DNA of 64,000 nt from Phoronis australis (GCA_002633005.1 NMRA01000118.1:119564-183563), one strand, 5' to 3'. Shown: positions 23,944 through 36,380, numbered from the stretch's first letter. The notes: generated from the letters alone by a model not told the origin. Made by a program: numbers and translations.

Positions 23944-24233
23944 CCCGGAGTCACTCACATTGATAAGGTGCCCGCAGGTGTGTACCAAAATTGCGGGACT
24001 GGCCGTACTTTTTCAGCAAGTTTTGCGGGACCCGAGCGGGGCCCATTAGACCTCTTAATTTCTATTTCGTCCCCGTAAAAGACATAATGCATTGGCCTCA
24101 GCCCCGCAAAAGGCGCACTGGGCCGCCTTCCCACAAAAAATCGACCCCCCCAAAAGTGATGGTAATTACAAGACGGCTGACAGTTTTTGGTACACGCCTT
24201 CGGGCACCTCGTGAATTCGAGTGACCCCCGGGG
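23944..24233. mobile_element. MITE with CCCGG termini and ~55-bp TIRs
   Basis: CCCGGAGTCACTC...AGGTGCCCGCAGGTGTGTACCAAAA versus the inverted TTTTGGTACACGCCTTCGGGCACCT...GAGTGACCCCCGGG. Confidence 0.8.
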
Positions 24234-25041
24234 GTTACATGCACACAATGAGGTATATATATGGTCTCATTGTATGTGCATCATAGTTTATGCTTCCAAA
24301 GTGATCTCGGAAGCGTATATTAACAGCTGCTGCTTTGATTTGCTTTTTACAAAGGTTTTCTTAAGTAACGTAATGCTCATAGTCGGTATTTCACATTTTT
24401 ATCACAAGACATGTTTAATAAAAGGGCGCATAAACGGTTACTCATTTTGCGCTGGCTGCACGAGTCAAATAACTGGAGCAAACGCGGTTGATGAACTAAA
24501 CGAACTTCCATTCAGCTAGGATCTGTTGTGGATAAAAATAGCAGAACTCGTTTTTATCCCATACCCATTGAATCAGTCGAAGGGACTAGGACCATGTGAT
24601 ATTGTTTGCCGCACTCACCTCCCGCCCTACTTCAACAGTGGCCTCTGATATAGAATGTTCAATGAGAAGGTCAATGCATGCACGCACCCAGGGGGAGGGG
24701 CTCGAGCCCTCAATTTGGTGCAAAAAGATCCGCCTCAGAGAAACAAAAAGTCTGAGAAAACGAGACAAAAGTCCACTAAGAAGGCAGGAATTCGGCGAAT
24801 GCACAATTCAAATTTTAAAATAGCTCTGAAAGAACCCTTTTTTAGTTTTTTTAAGTAAAAGCTCCACATTCTCAAAAATTCAAGCCACCTATATTTTAGG
24901 CTGTGTGCGCGCATGCAATGTCGACTGGACGTCGTTAGCCGGTTCGATCATCAAAACTTTCCGTAGAAAGTTTAAAGCAATACAATTGCAGCAGTATATA
25001 TAACACTCAACATGCAATCAGGTCCCGACGTAACATCTGGT

Positions 25042-25400
25042 ACAAAACTGTTAATTATATGAACACTTCGGTCTCAGTTTTCGATTGCTTAATATTATGT
25101 CGTCCGCATCTAAGGCGAGGATTTCTCAATAACTACAATATCATATATTGTAATTTAACTATTTTCAGGAAATGTTACGTGTACAAGTTGAACGAACAAT
25201 TACCGTTGTTTTCATCTTTGGTATCTCTTTCCAAGTAATAAATCGTTACGAATAAAATTGTTTCTTTTATTAGAAAAAAACTTGTAACCTAACAGCCCAA
25301 GTACATAATATAAGATGCGATCCACTGTGTGAAAAGTCTGGGTGTAGTATTTAAAAAATCTGCCGATTAAATGAAAGAAATTTAGGAATTTGAAGCGTTT
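25042..25400 (+). pseudogene. Copy 1 of a duplicated, decayed exon-like segment encoding an N-terminal TM anchor
   Basis: TTTTCAG acceptor, ATG 25172, MLRVQVERTITVVFIFGISFQVINRYE*; diverged direct copy at 27658-27990. Confidence 0.45.
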
Positions 25401-25799
25401 GGGTCGATACGCGGAATAATGTCTCATGGGATATTACTTCATCTACTCCCCTTGGTACGTTTTGTGTATAGATTGGCAGGGTTTTTACTATCTGCATTAC
25501 GTCTTGTTGAATGCAACGACAACTGCACCCACTGGGATATAGCCATAAGTTCTCAACCGGTTTCGAACTATAAACAGATACCTAAAACGACTTTCCCATT
25601 CTGTTCTCTGAAATAAGATAATGCTCTGTAACCCTTGACAACCTTCAAACGTTTTGAAGAAATTTGAAAACTCGTTTAAAAGTCTACTATACGGGCAAGC
25701 GTGACCTACGCTTTTAGCGAATTACATGGCAACTGGGGAAAAAGACCACTCACTAAGGACCGTAATATCCAATTTGTGAGAAGGGGGAGGGGGTGGTGA

Positions 25800-27420
25800 T
25801 TTTTTAGTTGTTTGGCTAACCAGTTTCTCTAGGTTGCCTGGTATCTATCTAAATCACCATTATTTAATAGAATCCTTCTTTAAATAAAAAATTCTCTTTC
25901 TAATATCATAAGAAAATGACAGAAACTGGGAATTATATTTTTACACTTGAATACGTAAACAAAATATTTTAATTGTAAAAGAATCCAATTTAAACTATAT
26001 TTTCGTTATTTGTGGGCAAGCCAAAAATCATTGTTTTTCTCAATAATCAATGTGATACTTTTTGTAGACAACACCCAACTATCAATATCTATATATTATT
26101 GATCAATATCTATATATTATTGATCAATATCTATATATTATTGATCAATATCTATATATATCTATATATTATTGATCGATATCTATATATTATTGATCAA
26201 TATCTATATATTATTCCATTCGAAAAGGATGTGATCTACTGCAGAAAATACATACGTCAGAGTCCACAAAGTTATTTTTTAAGAAAAGAAAACTCATTGC
26301 AAGTATTCTGTGAAATATTTTAAACTGCAATACTCATAACTGAAATCAAAATTAGTTTTAAGGTACAATGAATTTAATGTTTTCCAATCATCACTTCCAA
26401 ATTTATAACCTTCTTCTTGAAATCTTTTTGGGCAATAGGAAAACTTTGTTCACACAAATAATTTCAATCATCATTTTACATATTGACGTGTAGGTTGAAA
26501 TTTACGGATATTAAAAGGTATTATTGGTCCATATATCTTAATCAACTGCATTTGTAATGGAGTTCTCAGAAACGACGTAATAGACTCAATCAGAGAACAA
26601 TATTTCGAAATCGTGTAGGTGTATTCGAGATCTTTTTAAATTCAGTAAATGAGTAAAACCTGTTATTTTCATCAAGTAGGTCATTAATAAGAAGTACACC
26701 ACCACTAGCATACTTGCTAAAGAAGATAGATTTTCTGTCTATTAGTATTTCATCATTATGCCATAAATCATTCACGTCTTTATGGGGTTGTTTACTTATG
26801 AAAAAGGATTGGCTACTTCAGTTTGATTTTCAACATAATCATTTCCAAAATTTATAACAATTGAATTTTCAATCCCCGTTTCAATATCAAATAGTTTCAC
26901 CAATTTTGATTCAAAGATAAGTTGTCTTTTTAACTATGATTTTTAGCCTTATTAAAAATTATATTTATCATTTTCACTCCCCCTTCTTCATAAGTTTTAA
27001 TTCACACATCTCTCTTCACTCTCTCAACTTTGTTTATTCCAAATAAACTTTAAAATGCTTGCGTTCAATCCATTCATAATAATGTCTGATGCAGTAGGCA
27101 AAGTCGTCATTAACTGAATAATTTTTGGCACCATCAAGGTCTATATCACCGTAACTTTCCCAGAAAAGTAGATTTTTCTTCTAAACCAAATTTTGATAAT
27201 GTTAATGATTTCATTAATCCTCTCATTGTAGTTGATTTCAATAATTTGTCTGGGTTAACACTGAAATTGATACCTAGCATCTTAAATTTTAATGCCCCAT
27301 TCTAACTTCCCTCTTGCATGATGGAACACATCTTCATTTTTACTGCCCATCTAAATAACATTTGTTTTGAAATAATTCACTCTCAAACCACACATTTCTG
27401 CATATTTATCCCATACACGT
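25800..27420 (-). mobile_element. Tx1/L1-clade LINE ORF2 3' fragment, degenerate
   Basis: Frameshifted KMLGINF..., IKIWFRRKIYFSGKVTVI.TLMVPKI, FIW...EGGVKM, LWHNDEILIDRKSIFF...INDLLDENNRFYSFTEF, DVCIFC. Confidence 0.8.
26081..26215. repeat. 21-bp minisatellite (ATCAATATCTATATATTATTG), ~6 copies
   Basis: Directly visible; lies inside the Tx1/L1 fragment. Confidence 0.95.
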
Positions 27421-27478
27421 TGAATAAGTCGAGTGCAATACGGCCATGTGATATTGTTTTGCGTATTGCACTCCTGGG

Positions 27479-27637
27479 CAGCGTTCGAACTGCACGCTGG
27501 TACGGTGTCGCGGGGCCACTGGATTTGCGGCTGAGCCAGTGATTTTTAAAAGTTAACTTGGTACCTGGGCCAGTAAATTTTCAGACTAACTGGCCCGGCG
27601 GGGCAGCACATTTATTTGTTGAAGTTCGAACACCTTG
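27479..27637. mobile_element. hAT-like MITE
   Basis: TIRs CAGCGTTCGAACT / AGTTCGAACACCTTG. Confidence 0.55.
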
Positions 27638-27657
27638 CTGAAGTTCGAACGTCTTGA

Positions 27658-27990
27658 ACAAAACTGTTAATTACATGAAACTTTTGTTTTATTTGCTAAA
27701 TATTATATCGTCTGCAACTCAGGCGCCGAAACCTCGGTAACTACAATGTTAAATAATGTTGTTATTTAATTATTTTAGGACATGTTACGGGTTCAATTCA
27801 AAATTACCGTTGTTTTCATCTTTGTTATCTCTTTTCAAGTAATATATCTTTTACTAGAGAAATCTTGTAATCTTACAAGCAAGTACATACGTATTGGATG
27901 AGATCTGCCACGTGAACAGTCTCGGTGAAGTATTTGAAAATCTGAATAAAAAATGAAAGAAACTTACTAATTCGAAACGTACGAGATAAA
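27658..27990 (+). pseudogene. Copy 2 of the duplicated, decayed TM-anchor exon
   Basis: TTTTAG acceptor, ATG 27782, MLRVQFKITVVFIFVISFQVIYLLLEKSCNLTSKYIRIG*. Confidence 0.45.
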
Positions 27991-28703
27991 TTCAAAACGT
28001 ACATGTACCTCGATTGGCGTAGATGAAGGGACATTCCACTCGACATTATGCCTCGTGTTTACTCAGAACTTCAATAGTACCTTTCAAACTTACCCGAGAA
28101 CCATCTAGGAAAAAAATGTGTCATCGGCTTACTGAATAAGCATAAATTCGTCATATCCTGTTTGAATGCCCTTAATTTTCCTGTCTTGTTTCGTCATCAT
28201 TATAGCTATCCATGTATGATGTGTTTGAGTAGTGACATGGACATGTGCAACACTGGGAAATAAATATTCCTCACTGTTGTTCGATGTGTGTAAAACAAGT
28301 AAAAACTGAGTTCTCGTCAGAAGTCTTCTCAATGCAGTTTGATAACATTTCACTTAGATCTGCTGTGGCGAGACGTAGATGCGAGGTCATCCCCTTGTTA
28401 CTGTTAATGTGACATTATCGGCGAGAAAAGTGATTTTCCGAGAACAGACGCAACCTGTAACCCGCTGTAGCAGTCACATGCACTCTGCTGGCGGCCCCAC
28501 TCGATCAATGGGAAATTATTTTAAGAGAGACATATGGGTCTGGCCGTAAACGAGAGATTATGACCACTTTCCAATTGGCAAGTACTGTACAGTAAATGTC
28601 CCTGGTGAGAATTTGTGACTATAGTAAAACGACCAACGAGGTTGGATACATAGAACAAGAATGGACACTGGTTTATTAAGCTAGTACGTATATGTATATA
28701 CAA

Positions 28704-28711
<8 letters not shown>

Positions 28712-28754
<43 letters not shown>
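28712..28754. repeat. (CA)n microsatellite
   Basis: ~21 CA units. Confidence 0.99.
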
Positions 28755-28755
<1 letters not shown>

Positions 28756-30779
28756 TATTCGCAGTATCGCTCTTACCACTCCAAGCCAAATGTCTCGTAT
28801 GCGTGAAATCAAATCAAATTTGTATAAGTAGTCATTCGACGTGATATTTTTTGGATTTTCTAATAACAAAATTAAACTTGCCCAAACTTGCACCACCGAT
28901 TTCTTCAAATGACGGCTGGGAGGTGGCAGTCAACCAAAAGGTTATCTTCGCAGTACCGCCAGTGTAGGTTTCTATTGCGAAGACTTGGTATTTAATGAAG
29001 GGTTTAATATCAGATGTAATAAGATAACTGCGCAAAGTTGTCATGTGACGTACTAGCCCTTGAGAAAGTTCCTATCCTTGTCTGTGTTGAGAGTGGATGG
29101 ACAAATGCACAGTTGGCCTCTGGAATCAGGACAAGTGTTGCCTGCAACCTTACAACACGATGCCTGTGGTAAGCTACCGAAAATATCTCGGGGAGCATAG
29201 CAGATGTTTTCATACAGATTTCACTTTATTGCTCCTTTAATTAGTGCACATCTGCGTGATTAAACCATAATTGCGTGTATAGCTTATTCGACTCTGAGGC
29301 TATCGGGATGGTCAGATAATTCAAGGGTAGCAGCAATTCGCTGGGGCCTTTAAATAAGTAGCCAATTAAAGCTATCTCGGTTTTGAGACCGAGTAACTGG
29401 ATCAGTCAGATCTTCTTTCGCTAGCACGTACACTGCATGGTTTTGTTGGGAATTGAATTTCTATGTATTAATCATATTTGTTTGTATCAACATAGAACTT
29501 GTCCCCAAGATTCTATTCTACACCAGGGGAACTATGTCTGAGATCATTGACATGGGGTATGTGCCTGCTGACTTGTGTGAGTTTTACTGTACAGGAGTAG
29601 TCACCGCATGTTTATCATTGCTCACACCTGAAAGCTCACTGATATTCTAATAGTTGATTTAATTAACGGATATCGTCTTCGGCGAACTCTTTTGAGACTG
29701 ATTCAATTATTTCCGGGTATGACGGAGAAAGATTTCCTTCGTATAACCTTTACTGTCACCATAAACGAGTTTTTATGGATATAAAAGCATGGCTAGAGGG
29801 GACGAACTGGAAATCCTTCCATAACATTCAGCAATTTACCCTGACACTAACTTCACATTCCTGCTCCGAAACGTTGTGTCGAAGTGCATGTAAGTTTCTC
29901 GCGTTGACACTTTTTCGCCAAATCCCAACCAAAATTGTTCGGATGGCATCTTGAAAATACACCATGGCAGATCTCCGTTTGTTCACTTGGTAATATCACA
30001 TAAACATATAAATTCACTGCACGATAGATGGACCAAATAAGGTAGAGTCATAGCTTAATGTTTGCTCCTCTCCAACAATTGTCACTCTAGGCTCCGCAGT
30101 TCTTACAGAAGTGTTGTTAAGTTCCTCCGCGACCTGGACATCTGGCTGTGATACCTCATTAAATTACAAAGCAACGACCGATACGAAGGGTGATCATTGA
30201 AACAAAGGATGAGACATATAGAATTTCCGTTAACTCTCAATCCCATACTTTCATTCAGAAGACAACAAAATAAAACCCATCTCTTGTTTTCATCTGTATA
30301 GATAGTCACAGCAGACAGATTTTTTTCTTTTCTGATCGTACGTTGCATCACCACTGTGTTCCTTGTGTGTGCAGAACAACCTCCCCCCAATGACCCAATG
30401 CAGCCACCTGCCAGTACATTTAAAACCCCAATTCTGCTGGGGTGGGAATTCAGAGGTAGGACTACTTGAACTGGGGCAGAGAAAAAGATTCCTTCTCATG
30501 GTACTTTTGCTGGCCGGAATATTCAGCGGCGGTGATACTGCCGGTGCTTTTACTCAGTAGTAACCCTGAGTACTTGTAGTGACAGTGCCATGGTGCAGCC
30601 AGCAGAGGTTGCGGATCAGTAAAGCAGTATTGCGCACTGAACTGCTGACGTATCGCAAGTCAGTGTCATCACTACTCAAATCCAGCTGAGGCAGCAGAGC
30701 TTTCACCTGGCAGCACAAATTTTCAACGAACATTCGATCACACAGAGAGCCTGAACCAATTAAACTAGAAACAGCACGT

Positions 30780-32240
30780 CAATGACGTTTCCATGTTCCC
30801 TTTCGTGTCAGTTTCTCAGCTGCTGCTTTTTCTTTTCAGATGCTTCGCCAGTTACGTCGCTCATCCACCTCACCTTATTCGCTCATCGCCAGCAACTGCG
30901 TGACCATCTGCATCGTCTTCACCTTCCTCCACCCCGCCTTCTGCACCGGCACCGGACCCTTCCGCCATGGTCTCGTCAGCAACTCCGTCAGGATCCACCT
31001 GTCCTCTCCGCTCCGCCATCCGCATCATCGCCACCACCATCTGCTCCATCAGTCTCCACTCTACAGCCACAAGCACTGCCTCTTCAATCAACCGTCCATC
31101 CGCCGATCCTAGGACAGCCGTCGCTCCTGCATGACGGTGTGCCGGGAGTTTGGGTGGGAGAAAGAAGTCTGCGACATTGCTGGTCATCAAACATGGCACC
31201 CCTCCAACCCCCCCCCTCCCGTGTCCATGGCAGCACAGTCCTTCAACATCGCCCACCTCTACTCCTCTGCTTTTTCATCGATGGCCATACACTCCTATAT
31301 TTCGGCTCTCAGTTTCGTCTATAAGATAAAATCCCTACCTGACCCTACCTCTTCTTTCTACATTCGCAACCTCAGCTCAGACCAGCTTTCCCTCACCTCC
31401 TCTTATCCCCGGTGTCAGTATTGCCTGCACCTTCCCCTTTGATAGCATCCCCTTCGTATCCGTACATTGTTAGTCTCATTCGTAAATTGTTATCTATATT
31501 TGTTATTTCTTAGGTTACTTAACTTGTCCGTCTATCCTCACTGTTAGCCATTTTGTTAAGCCACTGGCTATATATTGTGTTCAGTTACCTTTCACTTGTT
31601 ACTCTACCTCTATTAGCCAATTTTTGCCAGCTTTAGCTCTGTTATGTTAGCTGTCCTTACACCATCTTTGTTTTTTTTTGTGTATGTCTTTCGTTTTAGA
31701 GTGTTACTCTTCCTCTGCTAGTCACCTTTGTCTGTTAGCCATTTTGATTCTGTTTTTCGCTGTATTTTAATTTTTCGTTTCTCTTCCGTTTACTTTACAT
31801 TTTGATATCACTCTCTCCATGTTTCTCAGTTTTTACAATTCTTCAAGTTTTAGCTTACCTTTTATTTTGTTTTCTGATATTTTAGTTCTTAGCACATTTT
31901 TGGTTTCTCGAACTCCATTTATTCCCGCCATGACACGGGGTGAGACAACACCGGCGCCTGTTCCAACCATGGGCAATCGCACCCGGAGTTAGGGTTGGGC
32001 ATCCGGCTGACAGCACTTGTAAGTAGTCCTACATATCTTTCATTTCATTTCTCTCGTTTCGTGCGTACCTGCGGATGGGCAGGAGCTGTCTTACAACATC
32101 TCTCGTGGCGCTTTTTATTGCCCATCTTACCAGAGATTATCATTTTTTATTTTAGTATCTGTATTCACTATAATGTAATTCTATTCGTCATAATAAATGA
32201 TCTTACGCGAACAAAGTATGGTGTAATAGCAACATAAAGG
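30780..32240 (+). mobile_element. Degenerate DIRS/Ngaro-like tyrosine-recombinase retrotransposon remnant
   Basis: 31240-31372 encodes IAHLYSSAFSSMAIHSYISALSFVYKIKSLPDPTSSFYIRNL (YR core-binding-domain pattern). Upstream FSDAS is RNase H-like. A T-rich tail and terminal segment are shared with 53230-54420. Confidence 0.6.
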
Positions 32241-32936
32241 GGAAACGAACCAGATAGGTTATATGACAAGATAAACCAACAAGGAAATTACTTCAATGAT
32301 TTAAAAGACCTCTGTCCTATACCATAGCACTCTAGCTCTGGAATGCCAACTTCGATCTCTAGCTGTTGAGGTTGCGCCCTTCACGCGTGGAATTAGTTTG
32401 CATTCGTTTGTTCCGGCGTTGGTTTTTGGCATGAAATTCACTGTCTCTAAAACTTTTCGCAACTCCGCCGTGTTTAAACCAAATTGCATAAGAGTAATAT
32501 CATGAGAAAACCCTTTATGAGTTCTTGGTGATTTATGATTATACCATATGCAAAATATAAATTATTTAATTCATTAATAAATTATCATTTCGCAGACCTG
32601 ACAGCTTTAAAAAATATGTAAAGCTAAGAGTGTTACCAAAACGGGAAAAATAACAGGTGTAATAGTAACATAAAAAGCGAAATGAACCAGAGAGGTTATA
32701 TAAATGACTTGTTAAGCGCAGCAGGGAAGTTAAAGATTTTTGAAGATCGATCACTCACACTTGCTGTAAAGAATTTAGTCAGGCATTCATTAAAAAATTA
32801 TAAAATCTTTATATACTAAAGTTTTGTAGGACCTTATCGGCAAGTCTGTACATTAAGTCAAACATCTAGAAAACTATAGGTTTTAAGTCTGCACAACCAT
32901 ACATGTATATTTTCTGAAAATAGAAATTCCGTAGAA

Positions 32937-33278
32937 TTTGATTTTTGACTTTATACCTGGTTGCCACTAAGTCGTTCACTTGACCGTGCTTTTTAAGAAA
33001 ATAGACCACTGCCGGTATCTTAGTTTCCGTCTAAAGTTATTTTCGATTTTTCGCAAGTTTAATCGTCAGGATATTCTAACTCAATAGCAATTTTATTCAC
33101 TTACTTTGATTTTTGACTTTATACCTGGTTGCCACTAAGTAGTTCACGTGACCGTGCTTTTTAGGAAAATAGACCACTGCCGGTATCTTAGTTTCCGTCT
33201 AAAGTTATTTTCGATTTTTCGCAAGTTCAATTGTCAGGATATTCTAACTCTATAGCAATTTTATTCACTTACTTTGAT
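32937..33278. repeat. Tandem duplication, 168-bp unit x2
   Basis: Near-identical copies starting at 32937 and 33105. Confidence 0.95.
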
Positions 33279-33661
33279 GTTGCGTGCTCGTTAATCGTTG
33301 TTCTATTTATACTGTTTGCTTACCAGAGTTAGTTACACCCAGTAACACACGCTTAGCGTAGTCCGCCATAGTCGGTCTTGTTAGTCAATCGTTGACATAG
33401 GACTTTGACTAGCCCGTAATTTTATGCAAGTGTCGGAAACTATCTTTGTATGTATACGGCGTTTATGATTTGAACCATTTATTCCGATAAAACAGCCGGG
33501 GACGGCATGCCTTTGTATTTTGTCAGTGCAAGTGGTCTCAATCGGTCTGCACTGGGTCATCGCCTCCAGGTCCAAGTCCGGCAAAATAATTTCTGTCAGA
33601 ATTTATTTTGTCAACATTTTCTGTACAAATTGTCCCTGTTTTGGTTTTAGTAAAGTTAAGG

Positions 33662-34250
33662 TCCACTATCTATGGTTTCAAGTACTGGGACATTGGTGAA
33701 TAACGATTCTGCATCCAGTGACATTGGTTGGCAGCCAGTAATAGGTACACTGGTACACACAATCTCAAGGAAGTCTTCACGTGACTTGATATTATACTGA
33801 CTTTGAATATACGGCTTTATAATCTGATCAATACATTTAGACACTTTATATGTAGGTGTTAATACTTGAGAAATGACAGGTCTCATTGAATTATTAACCT
33901 TGTGCGTCTTAGGGTTGCCATAAAGACAACCTTCAGAGAAATCACCTTCGATCTCATTAAAGATCTTCTTACTTGCTTGTCTATTCACCGTCTTGATATG
34001 ACTGTTGAGATCCCATTGTAGATCAAGTATGGTCGTACGACTAACAGACACAAACTTAATGGTATCGCTTGTTAACTGAGTAAGTTTGTCAACATAATCA
34101 CTGCTGTCCAGAATTACATATTGATTGGACTTATCAGCTCGACCAATTGTAATATTTTTGTTTTCTTTCAAACGTTCGGCAGCATCAGTAAGACGACGTG
34201 GTAGAGTGCGTTGACAACCATTACTAAGACACTTAGTGCTTTTCCGCTCT
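33662..34250 (-). mobile_element. Penelope-like element reverse transcriptase fragment
   Basis: RADKSN, LYGNPKTHK, MRPVIS, SLDAESLFTNVP motifs; truncated before the YxDD motif. Confidence 0.9.
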
Positions 34251-34266
34251 TAGCTGGTCGCGGATA

Positions 34267-36270
34267 TCAGGATTTATTTGTGAAATGTTCTGTACGGGCC
34301 GCCTTGTCGCGTAACTTGAAATCACTATAATATTTGCTAACTTTAGTTGTAACATTTGACATCACCATGTTACAAAAATAGTCTCTGAATATTTTTTTCT
34401 TGCCCACTAGGCTTAACTTAGACGGGTGAAAGAACACGTCATCGATATTCTTGGGGAAGTGCACCCACGGCTGATTCCGGTAAGCGTCCCAGTATCCATC
34501 TCCGGACAAGATTTGAACATCGTTATCGAAGTTGTCAGCCAAACAATTCATGATCATGGGAATAGCAATTTCCATATAAACGCCATGGTCAAGAAACAAT
34601 TTTGATAAAACGTGATACTTGTCAATAAATCTTTCCGGAATGTAAAACAAGTCAGTTGCCTGCTTGCCACTTATCACGTGATAAGCACCATGATTGAGAG
34701 TATTTTTGTCAGCACACTTTCGCATAAGAACGTTGTTGTCATTCATTGCCCGTAGCACTTGTTTCTTAAACACGTTCCACCACATCCATGTAGAAGGAGC
34801 AGAACAGTTAAAACACGTTGTACCATCACGTGATTGGAAATATGGACTTCTGATCAATTTGACCTTCGAACAATCTACTTGATGACATTCCTTACCAGTT
34901 CGAATATCTGCAAGGCAGCCAACAATAGTAGGATTACATCCAGATTGCTCCGTCCACATTTTGTTACTTGAAAACTTGTCCATGTTCCAAAAGTTGAGCA
35001 TGACATCATCTCCCATAACAAGATAACCTTTAAATTCACTGTAATTCATATCTAACGCCTTTTTTAAGCACCCATAATTCATCAGTCCATCGTGCATGCT
35101 AAGGACCGTGCCGTCACGATATCTCGTTACAAATGACACATCAAATTCCTCGAAAAACTTGCTGGATGGCAACGTTGGGCCGCAGTACAATATATTTGGA
35201 AAGACAGGCCTATAGATGGCTTCAGTGAAGGCTACAGAAGAACGATAGTACGCGGCATCGTTAAACCAAACTAAAAGTAGTAGCGACCTGTGTTTATCTC
35301 TCCATGACCTGATGATTTGCTGGGTATACGCTGGGAACTTAGCATATGGGCATGTAGATGTGACCAGTTTGTTGGACTGCTCCTGGTGAAGGTACGTCGG
35401 CGCTGGCTGTCTTGATTCTTCAAGATCAGCCATCTCAGAAGGAAAGAACATGTATGGCGAAGCAGAATCACAAGTCATCTCTGAGAGGCGTGGTCGATTA
35501 GATTTTCCATTCGCTAACTCCTTCCAATCGTCCAACCAGTCCATGAAAGACCGTTTTATTTCAAGGTCAAATATTTCGTCTCTCACAAATTCGCTAAGTA
35601 GACGTGTTGCACACTCTATCCGTGATAGTCCGTCACACTTTACTTGGGAACAAAACAATGATTCCAAAGTTTTCGTAGCTTTATTCCAAGTTTTACGCTC
35701 AGGTTTAGGAAACATGGTGTTATTGCCGTCAGTCACACAGCCGGGGGCAAAGATGATATATGATTGCGAACGTTTGTATAAGATTTGCATAAAATAAGAC
35801 CATGATAGAGCTCTGTCCCAATTGCTCTCAGAGTCGACAATCACGAAGCCAAGCCACAGAAAATCTTTACTCAGCATAGTATTCGACATGCTGTGGTTAT
35901 AGAAGGTCACGTGATTAGATAAGAGAAAGGGTGAGCTACTTCCGTTGTTAGTCATCAAGTGATCATTTGGTACCCGGCTTCTGTCATTATCCACAAATGT
36001 AAAGGTCGCAGATGGATTTGTTATATTGCACATTTCATAGGCAGCACCCCCAGAGCGAAGACACCTGGCTGTCGGTGACAACTTGCACCAAAAGTGTTGG
36101 GAAGGGTCAAAAACAGCAGAACACCTCGTTTGCTTATTTGTCATCAGGAAGGTCTTCCTAAATGATTTGTGGTATTCTTGTACTTTCACTAGACGTCCGT
36201 TTCTGGTGTGGCCGACGTATATGGATTGTGCACCATTCTGAAACAACAGCAACGTTTTGTACCAAAGCAA
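34267..36270 (-). CDS. STELLO/DUF288-like putative glycosyltransferase (uninterrupted 2-kb ORF, probably a large terminal exon; true 5' end uncertain)
   Basis: 667-codon open frame with LLLLVWFN...YRPVFPNILYCGP, CLKKALDMNY..KGYLVMGDDVMLNFWN, TDLFYIP...F...VYMEIAIP, FFHPSKL. The listed start is TTG; possible acceptor TTGTTTCAG at 36238. Confidence 0.78.
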   Translation of the reverse strand: MLWYKTLLLFQNGAQSIYVGHTRNGRLVKVQEYHKSFRKTFLMTNKQTRCSAVFDPSQHFWCKLSPTARCLRSGGAAYEMCNITNPSATFTFVDNDRSRVPNDHLMTNNGSSSPFLLSNHVTFYNHSMSNTMLSKDFLWLGFVIVDSESNWDRALSWSYFMQILYKRSQSYIIFAPGCVTDGNNTMFPKPERKTWNKATKTLESLFCSQVKCDGLSRIECATRLLSEFVRDEIFDLEIKRSFMDWLDDWKELANGKSNRPRLSEMTCDSASPYMFFPSEMADLEESRQPAPTYLHQEQSNKLVTSTCPYAKFPAYTQQIIRSWRDKHRSLLLLVWFNDAAYYRSSVAFTEAIYRPVFPNILYCGPTLPSSKFFEEFDVSFVTRYRDGTVLSMHDGLMNYGCLKKALDMNYSEFKGYLVMGDDVMLNFWNMDKFSSNKMWTEQSGCNPTIVGCLADIRTGKECHQVDCSKVKLIRSPYFQSRDGTTCFNCSAPSTWMWWNVFKKQVLRAMNDNNVLMRKCADKNTLNHGAYHVISGKQATDLFYIPERFIDKYHVLSKLFLDHGVYMEIAIPMIMNCLADNFDNDVQILSGDGYWDAYRNQPWVHFPKNIDDVFFHPSKLSLVGKKKIFRDYFCNMVMSNVTTKVSKYYSDFKLRDKAARTEHFTNKS

Positions 36271-36380
36271 ACCATGTAAACGTTTTATTTTCGCACTTGA
36301 GATTTATCTCAACGCCACATGCTGCAGCCTGCCCATTTATAATCAGTCCTACACTGAATGTTTGACCATGTGACTCATAA

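Noticed and set aside
26012-26323. ORF with INIYILL repeats; possible CRISPR-like array
   Set aside because: Translation of a 21-bp minisatellite; no unique spacers; eukaryotic context
28760-30000. Coding-looking minus-strand region, perhaps a decayed Transib/Chapaev-like transposase
   Set aside because: Many stops and no motif I can firmly recognise; needs a frameshift-aware search
32829-33664. GGACCTTA / TAAGGTCC inverted 8-mer bracketing the 168-bp duplication
   Set aside because: Only 8 bp and no TSD
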